Assembly (NCBI GenBank): GCA_965204745.1
Contig: OZ242010.1
Location: 2,336,001-2,400,000 of the forward strand
Length of the DNA stretch: 64,000 bases
Source: Candidatus Latescibacterota bacterium
GTDB lineage: Bacteria; Latescibacterota; UBA2968
Direction of reading: 5' to 3'
Under the pieces are notes generated by a model. The model was not told the origin of the DNA, did not search any database, and was given only the letters and a program-made list of their open reading frames with translations. Of this stretch, positions 52,944 to 63,700 are shown in pieces. The translations under genes and the position numbers were made by a program. The stretch's first letter is position 1. Every line of letters starts with the position of its first letter.

Positions 52944-54092
52944 TTGAGCAACAACGATTGGAGGACGCACAACGAATCGGGCAGCAAGCGCGTGGTCGTG
53001 ACCAAGGAATTGCCCGGTGACCGCTGGCTCGAGATTCTCACAGCGGCGGATTGCCGCGTGGAAATCGGCACCTCGACCGAAATTTTGAGTGTCGAAGAGA
53101 TCAAAGACAAAATTGGCGATGCGTGCGATGGCGTGATCGGGCAGTTGACCGAAACCTGGGGCGAACCCCTGTTTGCCGCGCTCGAGAACGCGGGCGGCAA
53201 AGCGTATTCAAACTACGCGGTGGGGTACAACAATGTCGCTGTGGATGCGGCGACAAAATGCGGCATTCCCGTGGGCAATACCCCGGGGGTTTTGACCGAG
53301 ACCACAGCGGAAATGGCTATCGCACTGACGTTTTCAGCCGCGCGGCGCGTGGTCGAAGCCGACGCGTTTATGCGCGCTGAAAAATATCGCGGCTGGTTGC
53401 CCACGCTCTATTTGGGCGAGTTGATGACCGGCAAAACCGTGGGCGTGATCGGCGCCGGGCGCATCGGCTGCGCGTATGCCAAGATGATGGTCGAGGGGTT
53501 CAAGATGAACGCGGTCTATTACGACCCCTATCCCAATGCGTATATGGAAAAATACATCGCGGCTTATGGCGACTTCTTGGCGTCTCAAGGCGATTCGCCC
53601 GTGACCTGCCAACGCTTGGACTTGGTCGAAGACGTGTTGCAGGTCGCCGACGTGGTGAGTTTGCACCCGCTGTTGGACGACACCACCTTCCACCTGATGA
53701 ACACCGAGCGACTGTCCCTGATGAAAGACAATGCCATTTTGATCAATGCCAGCCGCGGGCCGGTGATCGACGAGACCGCCTTGGTCGAACACTGCAAAAC
53801 CCACCCGAATTTCCGGGTCGGACTCGACGTGTTTGAAGACGAGCCTGAGATGAAACCCGGCCTCAAAGACTTGGACAATGTGGTCATCGTGCCGCATATC
53901 GCGTCTGCGACGATCTGGACGCGCTCTGGCATGGCGACATTGGCCGCGTCCAACGTGGCTGGCGTTTTGAACGGGTATGGCGCGTGGCAAAACCAAGACG
54001 ATGTGTTGCCCTTCTTGGGCGACGATCCCCCAAAGGCCGCGCCGAGCATTGTCAATGCGAAAGAGGTCGGCCTGTCCGCCCATGAGGGCTAA
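52944..54092 (+). CDS. D-glycerate dehydrogenase/hydroxypyruvate reductase (plant HPR1-like)
   Basis: AGGAGG before TTG start; AVGYNN, NTPGVLTETTAE, GAGRIG, SRGPVIDE, GLDVFEDEP, PHIASA. Confidence 0.92.
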   Translation: MSNNDWRTHNESGSKRVVVTKELPGDRWLEILTAADCRVEIGTSTEILSVEEIKDKIGDACDGVIGQLTETWGEPLFAALENAGGKAYSNYAVGYNNVAVDAATKCGIPVGNTPGVLTETTAEMAIALTFSAARRVVEADAFMRAEKYRGWLPTLYLGELMTGKTVGVIGAGRIGCAYAKMMVEGFKMNAVYYDPYPNAYMEKYIAAYGDFLASQGDSPVTCQRLDLVEDVLQVADVVSLHPLLDDTTFHLMNTERLSLMKDNAILINASRGPVIDETALVEHCKTHPNFRVGLDVFEDEPEMKPGLKDLDNVVIVPHIASATIWTRSGMATLAASNVAGVLNGYGAWQNQDDVLPFLGDDPPKAAPSIVNAKEVGLSAHEG

Positions 54093-54237
54093 GCGTTGTT
54101 CGCATCCAAAACGAGTCGGTCATCTCGCGTGATCGGCTCGTTTTTGTGTACGCGACAAAACGCATAGACGACAAATTTACGGTGGGAATTGTTGGGCGAA
54201 CCAATGCGCCGAGAGGTCTCACGCCTTCAATAAACAC

Positions 54238-54271
54238 AAACGCCATCGACAAATTGCCGATGGCGTTTTTT
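54238..54271. terminator. Intrinsic terminator between convergent genes
   Basis: AAACGCCATCG-acaaattgc-CGATGGCGTTTTTT. Confidence 0.75.
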
Positions 54272-54305
54272 CGGTTTCAAAATACGGACAAAAGCGCGGA
54301 TTAGT

Positions 54306-54767
54306 TCACACAGCGGTTCGTCTCTTGCGTCGGTCGAAAACGTAAAATTTGACGAGCCCAATCGCGCCGCCTAGCCCACAGGAAATCACGACAAAGCGAT
54401 ACTTCGAAACTTCGGCATAGCGAAACGAGGCGCCCGTCGCGCCGATAGTCACGATCACAAACGAGAGATGAATGAGCTTTTGACCGATGTGCGGATTGGC
54501 AAAGGAGGCGATCAAAATCAACACGAGTGCCGTGTGAAAAATGACAAATCCCGCGTACCCATTTCGCACAGCCAAATCGAATTGCCAATCGTAGCGATAA
54601 ATCCAAACCATGAGCACATGGGCAAAAACGATCAGCGCGACAGCTCGCCACAGCGCAAGCGGGTATCGATCTCGCAGCGTGAGCACGACCGTAGCGGTCA
54701 ATCCCACATATCCCACAATCGCCATCAAAAAACAGATAAAAATTGCTGTTGTCCCTTCGCCGATCAT
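54306..54767 (-). CDS. Hypothetical multi-pass membrane protein
   Basis: About 5 hydrophobic segments with intramembrane His; GGAGG RBS. Confidence 0.65.
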   Translation of the reverse strand: MIGEGTTAIFICFLMAIVGYVGLTATVVLTLRDRYPLALWRAVALIVFAHVLMVWIYRYDWQFDLAVRNGYAGFVIFHTALVLILIASFANPHIGQKLIHLSFVIVTIGATGASFRYAEVSKYRFVVISCGLGGAIGLVKFYVFDRRKRRTAV

Positions 54768-54793
54768 CGCAAGGGCCTCCCTTTTTTGTTCTG

Positions 54794-55270
54794 AGGGTGT
54801 GTTGACATTTTATTTTTGGATCTGACGTTACGCACAGATTAGCAAATGTGTTGCTTGCTCATTTAAGGCGTTTGGTCCTACAGCCTCGTTTGCTACCTTC
54901 GATGCCTTCGGCGACTTACTTTTTTTCAACAGCAAAAAAAAGTAAGCAAAAAATGCCGCTCTCAAACGCCGAGGGGCTTGCACAGCGCAAATCGCTTTTG
55001 TAACAGTACGACATGTGCCAGCCTGCAAAGAGGGTTGCAAGATGGACATTGGTTGCGAGACGGCCTTGCGCGCTGTGCGTGATGGCTTGATCGGATGGTG
55101 TTTTGTGATGGCACTTATTGGGATGCCTTCTTTGAACTGCGAAACGTCCGTGAATACGATGCGTGTGGTAACAAAAGTGAGAAAGCTGAAGGAGCGACTG
55201 TTTCAGTTTCTCAAACCGAGAGCATATTCGCGATAGGGCTTGATTTTCTCGATAAACCGTTCAAGCCAGC
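54794..55270. mobile_element. Second, diverged copy of the 31693-32118 MITE (left TIR present, right TIR missing, internal insertion)
   Basis: AGGGTGTGTTGACATTT left end; colinear through GATAGGGCTTGATTTTCTCGATAAACCG; extra sequence around 55141-55220. Confidence 0.8.
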
Positions 55271-55287
55271 TTATGTGATTGTTTCTT

Positions 55288-56658
55288 CTATTTTACCCGA
55301 TTAAACCCATTGAGCGCGGCGACTCGGTAGGCTTCGGCCATCGTGGGATAGTTAAACGTGGTGTTGATGAAGTACATCAGGGTATTGGCTTCGCCTTGTT
55401 GCGCCATAATCGCCTGCCCAATGTGGATGATCTCAGACGCCTGCGACCCGAAGCAGTGAATGCCCAAAATTTCAAAGGTCTCTCGGTGAAACAGAATTTT
55501 GAGCATGCCCGTGAGGCGGCCCGTCACCTGTGCCCGCGCAATGTGGCGAAAGTACGCATGGCCCACCTCGTAGGGAACTCTCTCTGCGGTGAGTTCTTTT
55601 TCCGTGAACCCGATAGAACTGATCTCGGGAATGGTGTAAATCCCGGTGGGGATGTCCTCTACGAGTTGTTGCTCGCATTCGCCAAAAATGAGGTGCGTGG
55701 CGGCAAACCTGCCTTGGTCATAAGCCGCGCTCGCCAAATTGGGAAACCCGACCACGTCGCCAACCGCATAAATGTGGGGTTGGGCGAGGGTCTGGTACGC
55801 GTCGTTGATGAGAATGGAGCCGCGTTCATCGGTCTCGATCCCGATGTTTTCCAACCCCATGCGGTCCGAATTGCCCGTGCGCCCTTGTGCCCAAAGGAGA
55901 ATGTCGCTGACGATTTGCTTGTTGGATTGGAGATACACGCGCACTTCTTCGTCATTGGCTTCGACTCGGTCATATTCCTCGTTATGGCGAATACGCACCC
56001 CGTTTTGGCTGAGGTGGTAACTGAGCGCGTCGATGATCTCGTCGTCGAGGTACGAGAGCAACTGGCTGCGGCTGTTGATGAGGTTGACCTTGATCCGCAA
56101 CCCGCGAAAAATCGACGCGTATTCACACCCGATGACCCCCGCGCCGTAAATGGTGATGATGCGCGGCGTTTTTTCGAGGTTGAGGATGGTGTCGCTATCG
56201 CGGATGCGCGGATGCGAAAAGTCGATGTCCGGCGGGTGATACGGCCGCGACCCGGTGGCGATGACAAATCCCCGCGCAGTATAGCGTTCCGTCCCCCCGT
56301 TGAGCAGCGCGACCTCGAGCGTGTGGGCATCCACAAAGGACGCCCTGCCCAGGATGATATCGACCTCGTTGCGCTGGTAATACCCCGTGCGAAGGTCGAC
56401 CTGATGCCCGATCAGATCCGCGGCCCGGTCGAGCAACTCGGGAAAGCGCGTCGTGCGGTGCGCGTTGATGTCGATCAACTGCTGCACATAGTGGCGCAGG
56501 GCCTTGCTCGGAATCGTGCCCCTGTGCGTGCTGTTGCCGCCCACGCTGGTAAAATTGTCGATCACGGCGACGCGCTTGCCCTCTTTGACGGATTTCATCG
56601 CCGCGCCTTCGCCGCCCGGCCCGGTGCCAATGACGAGAATGTCGTAGTCGAAAGTCAT
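55288..56658 (-). CDS. sthA: Soluble (Si-specific) NAD(P)+ transhydrogenase
   Basis: [59 protein letters not shown]. Confidence 0.93.
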   Translation of the reverse strand: MTFDYDILVIGTGPGGEGAAMKSVKEGKRVAVIDNFTSVGGNSTHRGTIPSKALRHYVQQLIDINAHRTTRFPELLDRAADLIGHQVDLRTGYYQRNEVDIILGRASFVDAHTLEVALLNGGTERYTARGFVIATGSRPYHPPDIDFSHPRIRDSDTILNLEKTPRIITIYGAGVIGCEYASIFRGLRIKVNLINSRSQLLSYLDDEIIDALSYHLSQNGVRIRHNEEYDRVEANDEEVRVYLQSNKQIVSDILLWAQGRTGNSDRMGLENIGIETDERGSILINDAYQTLAQPHIYAVGDVVGFPNLASAAYDQGRFAATHLIFGECEQQLVEDIPTGIYTIPEISSIGFTEKELTAERVPYEVGHAYFRHIARAQVTGRLTGMLKILFHRETFEILGIHCFGSQASEIIHIGQAIMAQQGEANTLMYFINTTFNYPTMAEAYRVAALNGFNRVK

Positions 56659-57416
56659 AGCTTACGATTTTGGTCTAAAAATCCGCGTTGCACCAAAAAT
56701 TCATCCATCTGCGCGACCGTCTGATCGTAATCCGCGCCATCGCCGCGGCCATAATTGAAAAAGCCATGCCCCCTGCCTTCGTACGCGCACATCGCGCAAA
56801 CATTGCCCGCATCGCGCATGGCTGTTGTGAAGCGTTCGGCCTGTTCAAAAGGCACGGTGGTATCCTGCGTGCCGTGAAAAATAATCGTGGGCGGCAGGTC
56901 GGGACGAACATGGTGAACCGGCGAAATTTCCCGGGGCGACTCGAACCGGGCCGCCAAGCGTTCCAACGCAACCACGTCGACGACCGGGTTGAACAGCACC
57001 ATCGCATTGGGCCGGGACGAGAGGGCCGCGTCCTCACCATCCGCATCCGAGCCGGGCACCGTGCCTGTACACGCGCCGACATGCCCGCCGGCGGACCCGC
57101 CGCCGGATGCGATGCGGTCGGGGTCGATATTGAGTTCATCCGCGTGCGCCCGCAGCCAGCGAACCGCGGATTTGCCATCTTCCACGCACTCGTAAGGCGA
57201 CGTGCCGTGCTTGCTCTTGATGCGGTATTCCGCCGAAGCCGCGAGCATCCCGCGCCCGGCGAGGTATTCGCAATGCGGAAAAAATTGTTGCGGACGCCCA
57301 CCAGTCCACCCCCCGCCAAAAAAGAAGACAATCGCCGCGGTCCGTTCATCCGCGTCCGGTTCAAAAATGTGAATGACCAACTCGCCCTGCGGCGTGGTTT
57401 TATACATCCGTTGCAT
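56655..57416 (-). CDS. Alpha/beta hydrolase (acetyl esterase/BD-FAE-like)
   Basis: FFGGGW, GGSAGG nucleophile, [15 protein letters not shown]. Confidence 0.88.
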   Translation of the reverse strand: MQRMYKTTPQGELVIHIFEPDADERTAAIVFFFGGGWTGGRPQQFFPHCEYLAGRGMLAASAEYRIKSKHGTSPYECVEDGKSAVRWLRAHADELNIDPDRIASGGGSAGGHVGACTGTVPGSDADGEDAALSSRPNAMVLFNPVVDVVALERLAARFESPREISPVHHVRPDLPPTIIFHGTQDTTVPFEQAERFTTAMRDAGNVCAMCAYEGRGHGFFNYGRGDGADYDQTVAQMDEFLVQRGFLDQNRKL

Positions 57417-57494
57417 GGGAGCCTCCTTTTAGATTGATCAGTTGCTGTCCGTTTTTGTCGCTTTGGCATACGCCCCATAGCGCGTTTTTTGTTA

Positions 57495-58175
57495 TCACCG
57501 GAGTGCCTTCTCCGCGGCATCGAGTTGCGCCTTGTCGTTGATCGGCAGCCAGTAATCGCCTTCGATCACCTCGATTTTTCGGCCTGCTGCGATCAACTGC
57601 ATCCACATATCGGGCACCTCGTATTCACCGCGCGCCGAGGGCGTCATCGCCAGATCGAAAAAATCCGCGTCCATCACCATCGCCCCGTTCCAAACCAAAT
57701 CCGAAACAAACGCCTTGGGCTTTTCCACAGCATGCACGAGAAAGCCATCCGCATCCGTGACCAAGACCCCAAAATTTTGCGGACGCGCCACACGCGAACC
57801 AAGCACCGCCAGGCCCCGTTGCTGCACCAGAGCGCGCAGACTGCGCGGGCCGAAAATGTCATCTCCGACCATCCCAAGCCATCGCCCGGCGATCACAGGC
57901 GCCGCCGCCCGAAACGCATGGGCCAAACCCAAGGGTTCATCCTGAACGCAAAACACAATGCGCCGCCCCCGGTACGCGCCCTCGGCAAAGTGCCGCCGAA
58001 TCGCCTCCTCGTGTGGCCCGCCCACGACAAACACCAAGTCGCGCACCTCCTCCGGCAACCGATCTAGCACATGCTCCACAATGGGCTTGCCCGCGACCGG
58101 CAACAAATGCTTCGGCCCCGCGTAATTCCTCGCCATCCGCGTTCCCTTCCCGGCCAATAAGACAACAGCTTGCAT
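57495..58175 (-). CDS. Sugar-phosphate nucleotidyltransferase
   Basis: LLAGKGTRM..PK.L..VAGKP, QDEPLGLAHA, GDD, EKP, SARGEYEV. Confidence 0.88.
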   Translation of the reverse strand: MQAVVLLAGKGTRMARNYAGPKHLLPVAGKPIVEHVLDRLPEEVRDLVFVVGGPHEEAIRRHFAEGAYRGRRIVFCVQDEPLGLAHAFRAAAPVIAGRWLGMVGDDIFGPRSLRALVQQRGLAVLGSRVARPQNFGVLVTDADGFLVHAVEKPKAFVSDLVWNGAMVMDADFFDLAMTPSARGEYEVPDMWMQLIAAGRKIEVIEGDYWLPINDKAQLDAAEKALR

Positions 58176-58191
58176 AGATCACCTGTGAAGG

Positions 58192-58650
58192 CAGTGGTCA
58201 GTGGTCAGTTCCCACCCCGCCCAACCCCCCTTCGGTGAGAGGTAAGACGGGAGAGGCAAGAAACAGGCTCTAAGTGGTCAGTGGTCAGCGGTCAGTTCCC
58301 ACCCCGCCCAACCCCCTTCGGTGAGAGGTAAGACGGGAGAGGCAAGAAACAGGCTCCAAGCAGTCAGTGGTCAGACCGCCCCACCCGTCCGCAGACGTAA
58401 GAGGGCAGAGGGGAGAGGTGAGAAGGCCCACCGCCCAACCCCCTTCGGTGAGAGGTAAGACGGGAGAGGCAAGAAACAGGCTCCAAGCAGTCAGTGGTCA
58501 GTAGTCAGACCGCCCCACCCGTCCGCAGAAGTAAGAGGGCAGAGGGGAGAAGGCCCACCGCCCAACCCCCTTCGGTGAGAGGTAAGACAGGAGAGGCAAG
58601 AAACAGGCTCCAAACGGTCAGTAGTCAGCGGTCAGTTCCCACCCCGCCCG
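58192..58650. repeat. Intergenic array: four ~56-bp cores separated by GTGGTCA-heptamer linkers
   Basis: CGCCCAACCCCCTTCGGTGAGAGGTAAGAC(G/A)GGAGAGGCAAGAAACAGGCTC at ~58218, 58305, 58432, 58559. Confidence 0.85.
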
Positions 58651-58785
58651 TGTTTTTCCTCACTCCTCTTGTATCTTCGGACAGGCACGGGGGCATGTCC
58701 TTACCATGACTCGTCTCTCGCGTTGGAACAACTTGGTAGGTGAGGTTGGTGGCCCTCTTACTTCTCACGTCTCGCGTCTCACGCC

Positions 58786-59766
58786 TTAATGACTCTGGCG
58801 ATAGTGCTGCTTGAGAATGTCGTCGCCGAAATCGTTGGTCAGGTCGCGCCAGACCGCGTGGATGTGGTTGGCTTGGTTTTGGGTGCAATCGTATTCGGCG
58901 AGGAAAGTGGTGCCGAGCACGCGATAGTAGTGGCCTTCGCCGCGCTGAATCCCCCCGGCCCAGGCAAAGGCCGCGGTGTCGAGGGAGACGAGGTTGGCGC
59001 GTTGGGCCTCGGCGATGGTATCGGGCAGGCGCGTGACATACACATCGAGCAGTGCGGTGACGACCTCGCGTTGGGCCGCGGTCATATCCTTGAGTTGCAG
59101 GCCCTCAATTTGAACTTCGTCTGTGACTTGAGGCGCGTTGCGCGTGAGAATGTCGTGCGGGGCTTTGGCGCTGATGATCGCCACGCGCTTTTGTTCCCCG
59201 TCCAAAGACGCGAGCAGGTCGCGGGCCAAATCCTCTTCTTCCTCGAGTGCGCGCAAGCCCTCATGCTCCCCGTGCCGAACCTGCGCGGGATTGGACCCAA
59301 AAAAAATCGGCGTGGGCGCGACGAGCGTGCCATCGACAATCGTGTAGTTGACCGAAACGTGATGGCCTTCAAACCGCCAACTCCACGTCGCGTCGCCGCC
59401 GGGAGTGCCAAAAATGACGAGGTCGTACAGGTCCGGATCGCGTGGGAAGCGTCGCCTGGGACCTTCAACTTCCGCGAGAATCGGCTCCAAGCTGATGATC
59501 GTTCTGGCTTTGTCACGCGCTTGTTCGCTCAATCCCGTGTCGAGCAGAGTAAACGCCTTGGCGCGTTGATGTGCCTCCATGTCTTTGAGCGCGAGGCCCA
59601 AGCGGTCGCGGGGAATATAATGCCAGTCGCGCCGCACATCCTCATCGCCAAACGCCAGTTGCGCGATCCCCGCTTGATCGGGCCGCAAAGAAGCCAAAAA
59701 CGCCGTGGCCGCATCGGCCATGCGCTCGGCTGTGTCGATCTGGGTATAGCGTTCTTCGAGTGTCAT
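58786..59766 (-). CDS. DUF3500 domain protein
   Basis: WHYIPRDR.GL, WSWRFEGHHVS, P.FFGSNPA, FAWAG, YYR, EYD..Q..ANHIH.VWRD..NDFG. Confidence 0.88.
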   Translation of the reverse strand: MTLEERYTQIDTAERMADAATAFLASLRPDQAGIAQLAFGDEDVRRDWHYIPRDRLGLALKDMEAHQRAKAFTLLDTGLSEQARDKARTIISLEPILAEVEGPRRRFPRDPDLYDLVIFGTPGGDATWSWRFEGHHVSVNYTIVDGTLVAPTPIFFGSNPAQVRHGEHEGLRALEEEEDLARDLLASLDGEQKRVAIISAKAPHDILTRNAPQVTDEVQIEGLQLKDMTAAQREVVTALLDVYVTRLPDTIAEAQRANLVSLDTAAFAWAGGIQRGEGHYYRVLGTTFLAEYDCTQNQANHIHAVWRDLTNDFGDDILKQHYRQSH

Positions 59767-60055
59767 GTTCTCCTCCTGTGTTGGTTGTTAGTCCGCAACC
59801 CTGCCCATTGGCCCCGGGCGTGCTTCCTCTCTCCACCGCGCTGCCCGTGCGGCCTCACCTTACCGCCCCTCCGCCCGTGCGTTCCCTTCCCGGCCTCACC
59901 CCGCCGTGTGCGTGTCTCTGGCCTCACGCCCCAAGGGGTCAGCATCAGTTCCACTCAACCCCCGTGCCTGTCCGTGTATATAATAAGCTCTCAGTGATCA
60001 GTCCGCAACCTTGCCTATCGGCCCCGTGCGTGCTCGGCCTGTCCCCACCCCACCA

Positions 60056-60472
60056 TGTCTGAATCGCGGATTAAACGGATTAGGGGATTGCGCGGATTAC
60101 CCCCACCGCCCTACCACCGCTTCATCGTTCCCACTCCGCTATGTCCTTCGCATCCCCTGCCGCCATAGAGACCTATCCCCCCGGCCCCCGTTATTCGCTT
60201 CGCTCATTGTAGGACGCCTGTGCCTACAAGGAAAGGGGGAGCGCATGGCTTTCTTAAAGGTTTGCATCCAGGGCTATTCTGATGGCTTTGAGCGAATGGA
60301 TCACGCCATGAACCCCAAAAACCGCTCGCCATTCCCCCCTTCCTCGCAGGAAGGGGGGAATGGGGTAGGTCCCAATCCCCTCGCAAAACCTCTCACCATT
60401 CCCCCTTCCTCGTAGGCACAGGCGTAGCCTACAACGAAGCGTAGCGAGTAACGGGGCTAGGGGGTAGGTCCC
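60056..60472 (-). mobile_element. Composite REP/MITE-like element, inverted homologue of 28128-28544
   Basis: TGTCTGAATCGCGGATT start, shared internal segments, GGGGGTAGGTCCC end. Confidence 0.75.
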
Positions 60473-60478
60473 AATTCC

Positions 60479-60524
60479 AAAAAGTAAAGCCCGAGTTCAC
60501 TGTGAACCCGGGCTTTTGTTTTTT
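60479..60524. terminator. Intrinsic terminator downstream of giant gene 3 (copy of 16247-16293)
   Basis: AAAAAGTAAAGCCCGAGTTCAC-t-GTGAACCCGGGCTTTT. Confidence 0.72.
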
Positions 60525-60541
60525 CGCGTCTTTCGCAGTTG

Positions 60542-60730
60542 TTAGCCTGTCGAGCCAAAGTCGGCGGTGAAGATGAGGAAATCGTCGAATCCAATTTGAC
60601 CATCGCCATTGAGATCGCACCGGGGGTCATATCGCTCCTGACCGAGGCGCGAGCCGAACTTGCTGGCAAAGGTCAAGAAGTCGGCGAAATTCGCATTGCC
60701 ATCTGTGGCGGTCAGAGAACAGGCTTTCAT
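60542..60730 (-). CDS. Stand-alone EF-hand/dockerin-like mini-protein (62 aa), paralogue of 16306-16512
   Basis: NFADFLTFASKFG..RYDPRCDLNGDGQIGFDDF; ATGA overlap with the giant gene stop. Confidence 0.58.
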   Translation of the reverse strand: MKACSLTATDGNANFADFLTFASKFGSRLGQERYDPRCDLNGDGQIGFDDFLIFTADFGSTG

Positions 60731-63700
60731 TGGAAGTGGGAGTCGGGATAGAGGCTTCGGATGTAGGGTTCAATGGCTTGAGAGGTCGTGCGCGTAGCAG
60801 TTGGCTCGATGACGTTCCCTCTGACGAGGGCCTCGTTCCGGAAGAAGAGGACGTATCGAATGATCAGGATTATATCCGAGAACAGCCTCACATCGCCATC
60901 GCCATCCACATCGAGAATGTTCTGATTGACCAACGTGTCGAGGTAGGGTTCAATTTCTTGAGCGGTCGTGCGCGTGGCAGTTGGCTCGATGACGTTCCCT
61001 CTGAGGAGGGCCTCGTTCCGGAAGAAGAGGACATATCGAATGACCAGGATTATATCCGAGAACAATCTCACCCGGCCATCGCCATCCACATCCAAGTTGG
61101 CACTCGAGGTTTCGTCATCGATAATCGTCCCTGTGCCTTGCGCCGTGCTTATGGTCGCATTGGTCGCACTGCTCAGCGTCACGATCACGGTCTCGTTCTG
61201 CTCATCATTCGAGTCGTCGGTCACAGAAACAGGGATGGTCTGGATGGTATCGCCCATCGCGAAGGTCAGGGTCCCTGCGGTGAGCGCGGTATAATCCGTC
61301 CCCGAAGTCGCGGTGCCCGTGCCCGCGTCTGCATACCCCACCGTCACCTGTGCCGTGTGCGCCGGGCGTAGGTACACCTGAAAGGTCAGGGTCGCGCCGG
61401 TCGCGCCTTCAATCACGCTTGGCGAACCGATACTCAGCGCAGGCATGCCATCGTCATCGATAATCGTACCGGTGCCGGTGAGGCTCGTAGCCCCGCCATC
61501 AAAGGTGGCATTGACCGCGTTGCTCAACGTCACCTCCACGGTCTCGTTCGGCTCATCATCCGAGTCGTCGCTCACAGAAACAGCGATGGTCTGGCTGGTC
61601 GTGCCCGCCGCGAAGGTCAGGGTTCCTGCGGTGAGCGCGGTGTAGTCCGTCCCCGAAGTCGCGGTGCCCGTGCCCGCGTCTGCATACGCCACCGTCACCT
61701 CCTTGCCGCTCGCCGCATGCAATCTAACGGTGAACGTCAGGGCAGTGCCCTCAACCGCACTCGGCGAACTGATCGAGAGCCTCGGCGGCGCGTCATCATC
61801 GGTGATCGTTATCACAGTCGAGAGGAACACTGCCTGGGCGTTGTCTGCCACAACGGTCACGGTCACGTCGCGATTAGGCGCGTCTTGGGTATTGTCCACC
61901 GCTGTGATGACCACCGTATCCGACGCGTTCGCCGTGCTCCCGGCCGCGATGGTGATCGTCGAATCCGCCGCCACCGTGTAAGCACCCGCCACCGGGCGCA
62001 CTATGATCGTTGTCGCCGCGCTCAACGGGTGTGCCAGCGTCGCGGTCACGGTACTCATCCCACCGTTTTCCGAGATCGACGAGGGCGTCAGTGCCAACGT
62101 CACTATCGCGGGTTGGAGCTGAAATTGCACGGTGGTATCCATGCCGGCATACTTCAAGACCGGATACTGATTCATCGCGCCAAAGGTCCACGGATCATCA
62201 TTGCCGGATTGTCCGTCGAGGTCGGCGTCCCAGCCGTAGTAGGTGTCGTTGGCGGTGGCACCGTAGGTGGTGGGGCTCTGGAGCTCACTGGTGGTCTTGC
62301 CCGTGCCGCCGCCCCCGCTGGTGGCACGGTCGCTGGTGGAGGTGTCCCAGTAGCTATTGGTCGTGCTGCCTTGACTAGAGGATCCTATTAGCCCGCCGAC
62401 GTTTGAGGACCCGCTGACTCGGCCGGTGGAGTATGAGTTCGTTACACTGCCGAACTTTTGCCCCAACACCCCGCCGACCTGGTTGTTGCCGCTGACGGCG
62501 GCGGTGGAGTAGCTGGAATTGATAACCGCCGCGTTTCGGCCTTGATAGCCAACTATGCCGCCGACACGGTCTGTGCCGGTGACCGATCCCGTGGTGTAAC
62601 AGGCGACGATTGTGCCGTTATTGCTGCCGACCAGAATGCCTGTGTAGAGGGCTCCGGTGACATCGGCGTTGGTTACGCCCACGGTTTCTATTTGAACTCC
62701 GGTGTCAACATCGCCGAACAGCCCGATGCTATTCACGTTGCCACGGTTGATGAACAGGTTGTTGATGGTGTGGCCGTTGCCCTTGAAATCGCCTTGGTAT
62801 TGGGTGGAGAAAGTTCCGATGGGATTCCAGCCCATGCCGCTGTTCCAATATGTGGGGTCGCCGGTTTGGGTAATGTCGCCATCGCCGTTTTCGTCGAAGT
62901 CAAGGCTTGCGAAAAGTTCGTAGCCGGTGCATGTCCCGGAAGGACAACCCATCCGGACGTTGCTGGTGGTGTCTCGGTTGGGAAAGGCGGCGTTGTAGTT
63001 CATGGTATCACTAGCGGCGACGACCCCATCGCCGTTGAGATCCCAGCGAATGGCATTGAGTTGCGCCAGAGTCGTAATGTCGATGAGGCCATCGCCATCG
63101 CTGTCGTAATCGATCCTTTGGGGCGTGCCCATGACCTCGTCCGAGGGATCGCTATCCATCCCACCTGCCAAGGTGGCAATGACGCGCACGGTGTAGATCG
63201 TGCCAATCGTCAGGTTCTCTATCGTGTAGGTCGTGGTGTTTCCTCCAGAGACCGTCGCCTGGCGATCAGAGGTGTTGTAGCTTTGTCCGCCGGACTTCCA
63301 CTGCACCTTGTACCCCCTCGCGCCGGTTGCCTCGGTCCAACGCACGATGAGTTGAAGCGGCCCCGGCGTCACGCGCACATTGGTGGGCTTGGCTGGCGCC
63401 GTGGTCACCATGACTGCGTCCGAAGGGGTGCTGTTGGCGGCCGTTGTGGTGTGCGTGGCGATCACTCGAATCGTGTAGGTCGTCTCTGCGGTCAGCCCAG
63501 AAATATCGTAGGTCGTGGTGCTCCCGTCAGCGATTGTGGCTTGCCCGCGCAAGGCGGACACCAGATCGGAGGTGGGATAAGTCTCTGACCCGGATTTCCA
63601 CTGCACCTTATACCCGATGGCATCGTCCACCGCATTCCAAGTCACGGTCAGCGTGTCCGCCGTCGCACTCACCTCCACACCCGTCGGGCTACCCAGCAGG

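Noticed and set aside
58192-58650. Possible CRISPR array
   Set aside because: 56-bp cores with linkers that are copies of each other and heptamer-derived; no unique spacers or cas genes
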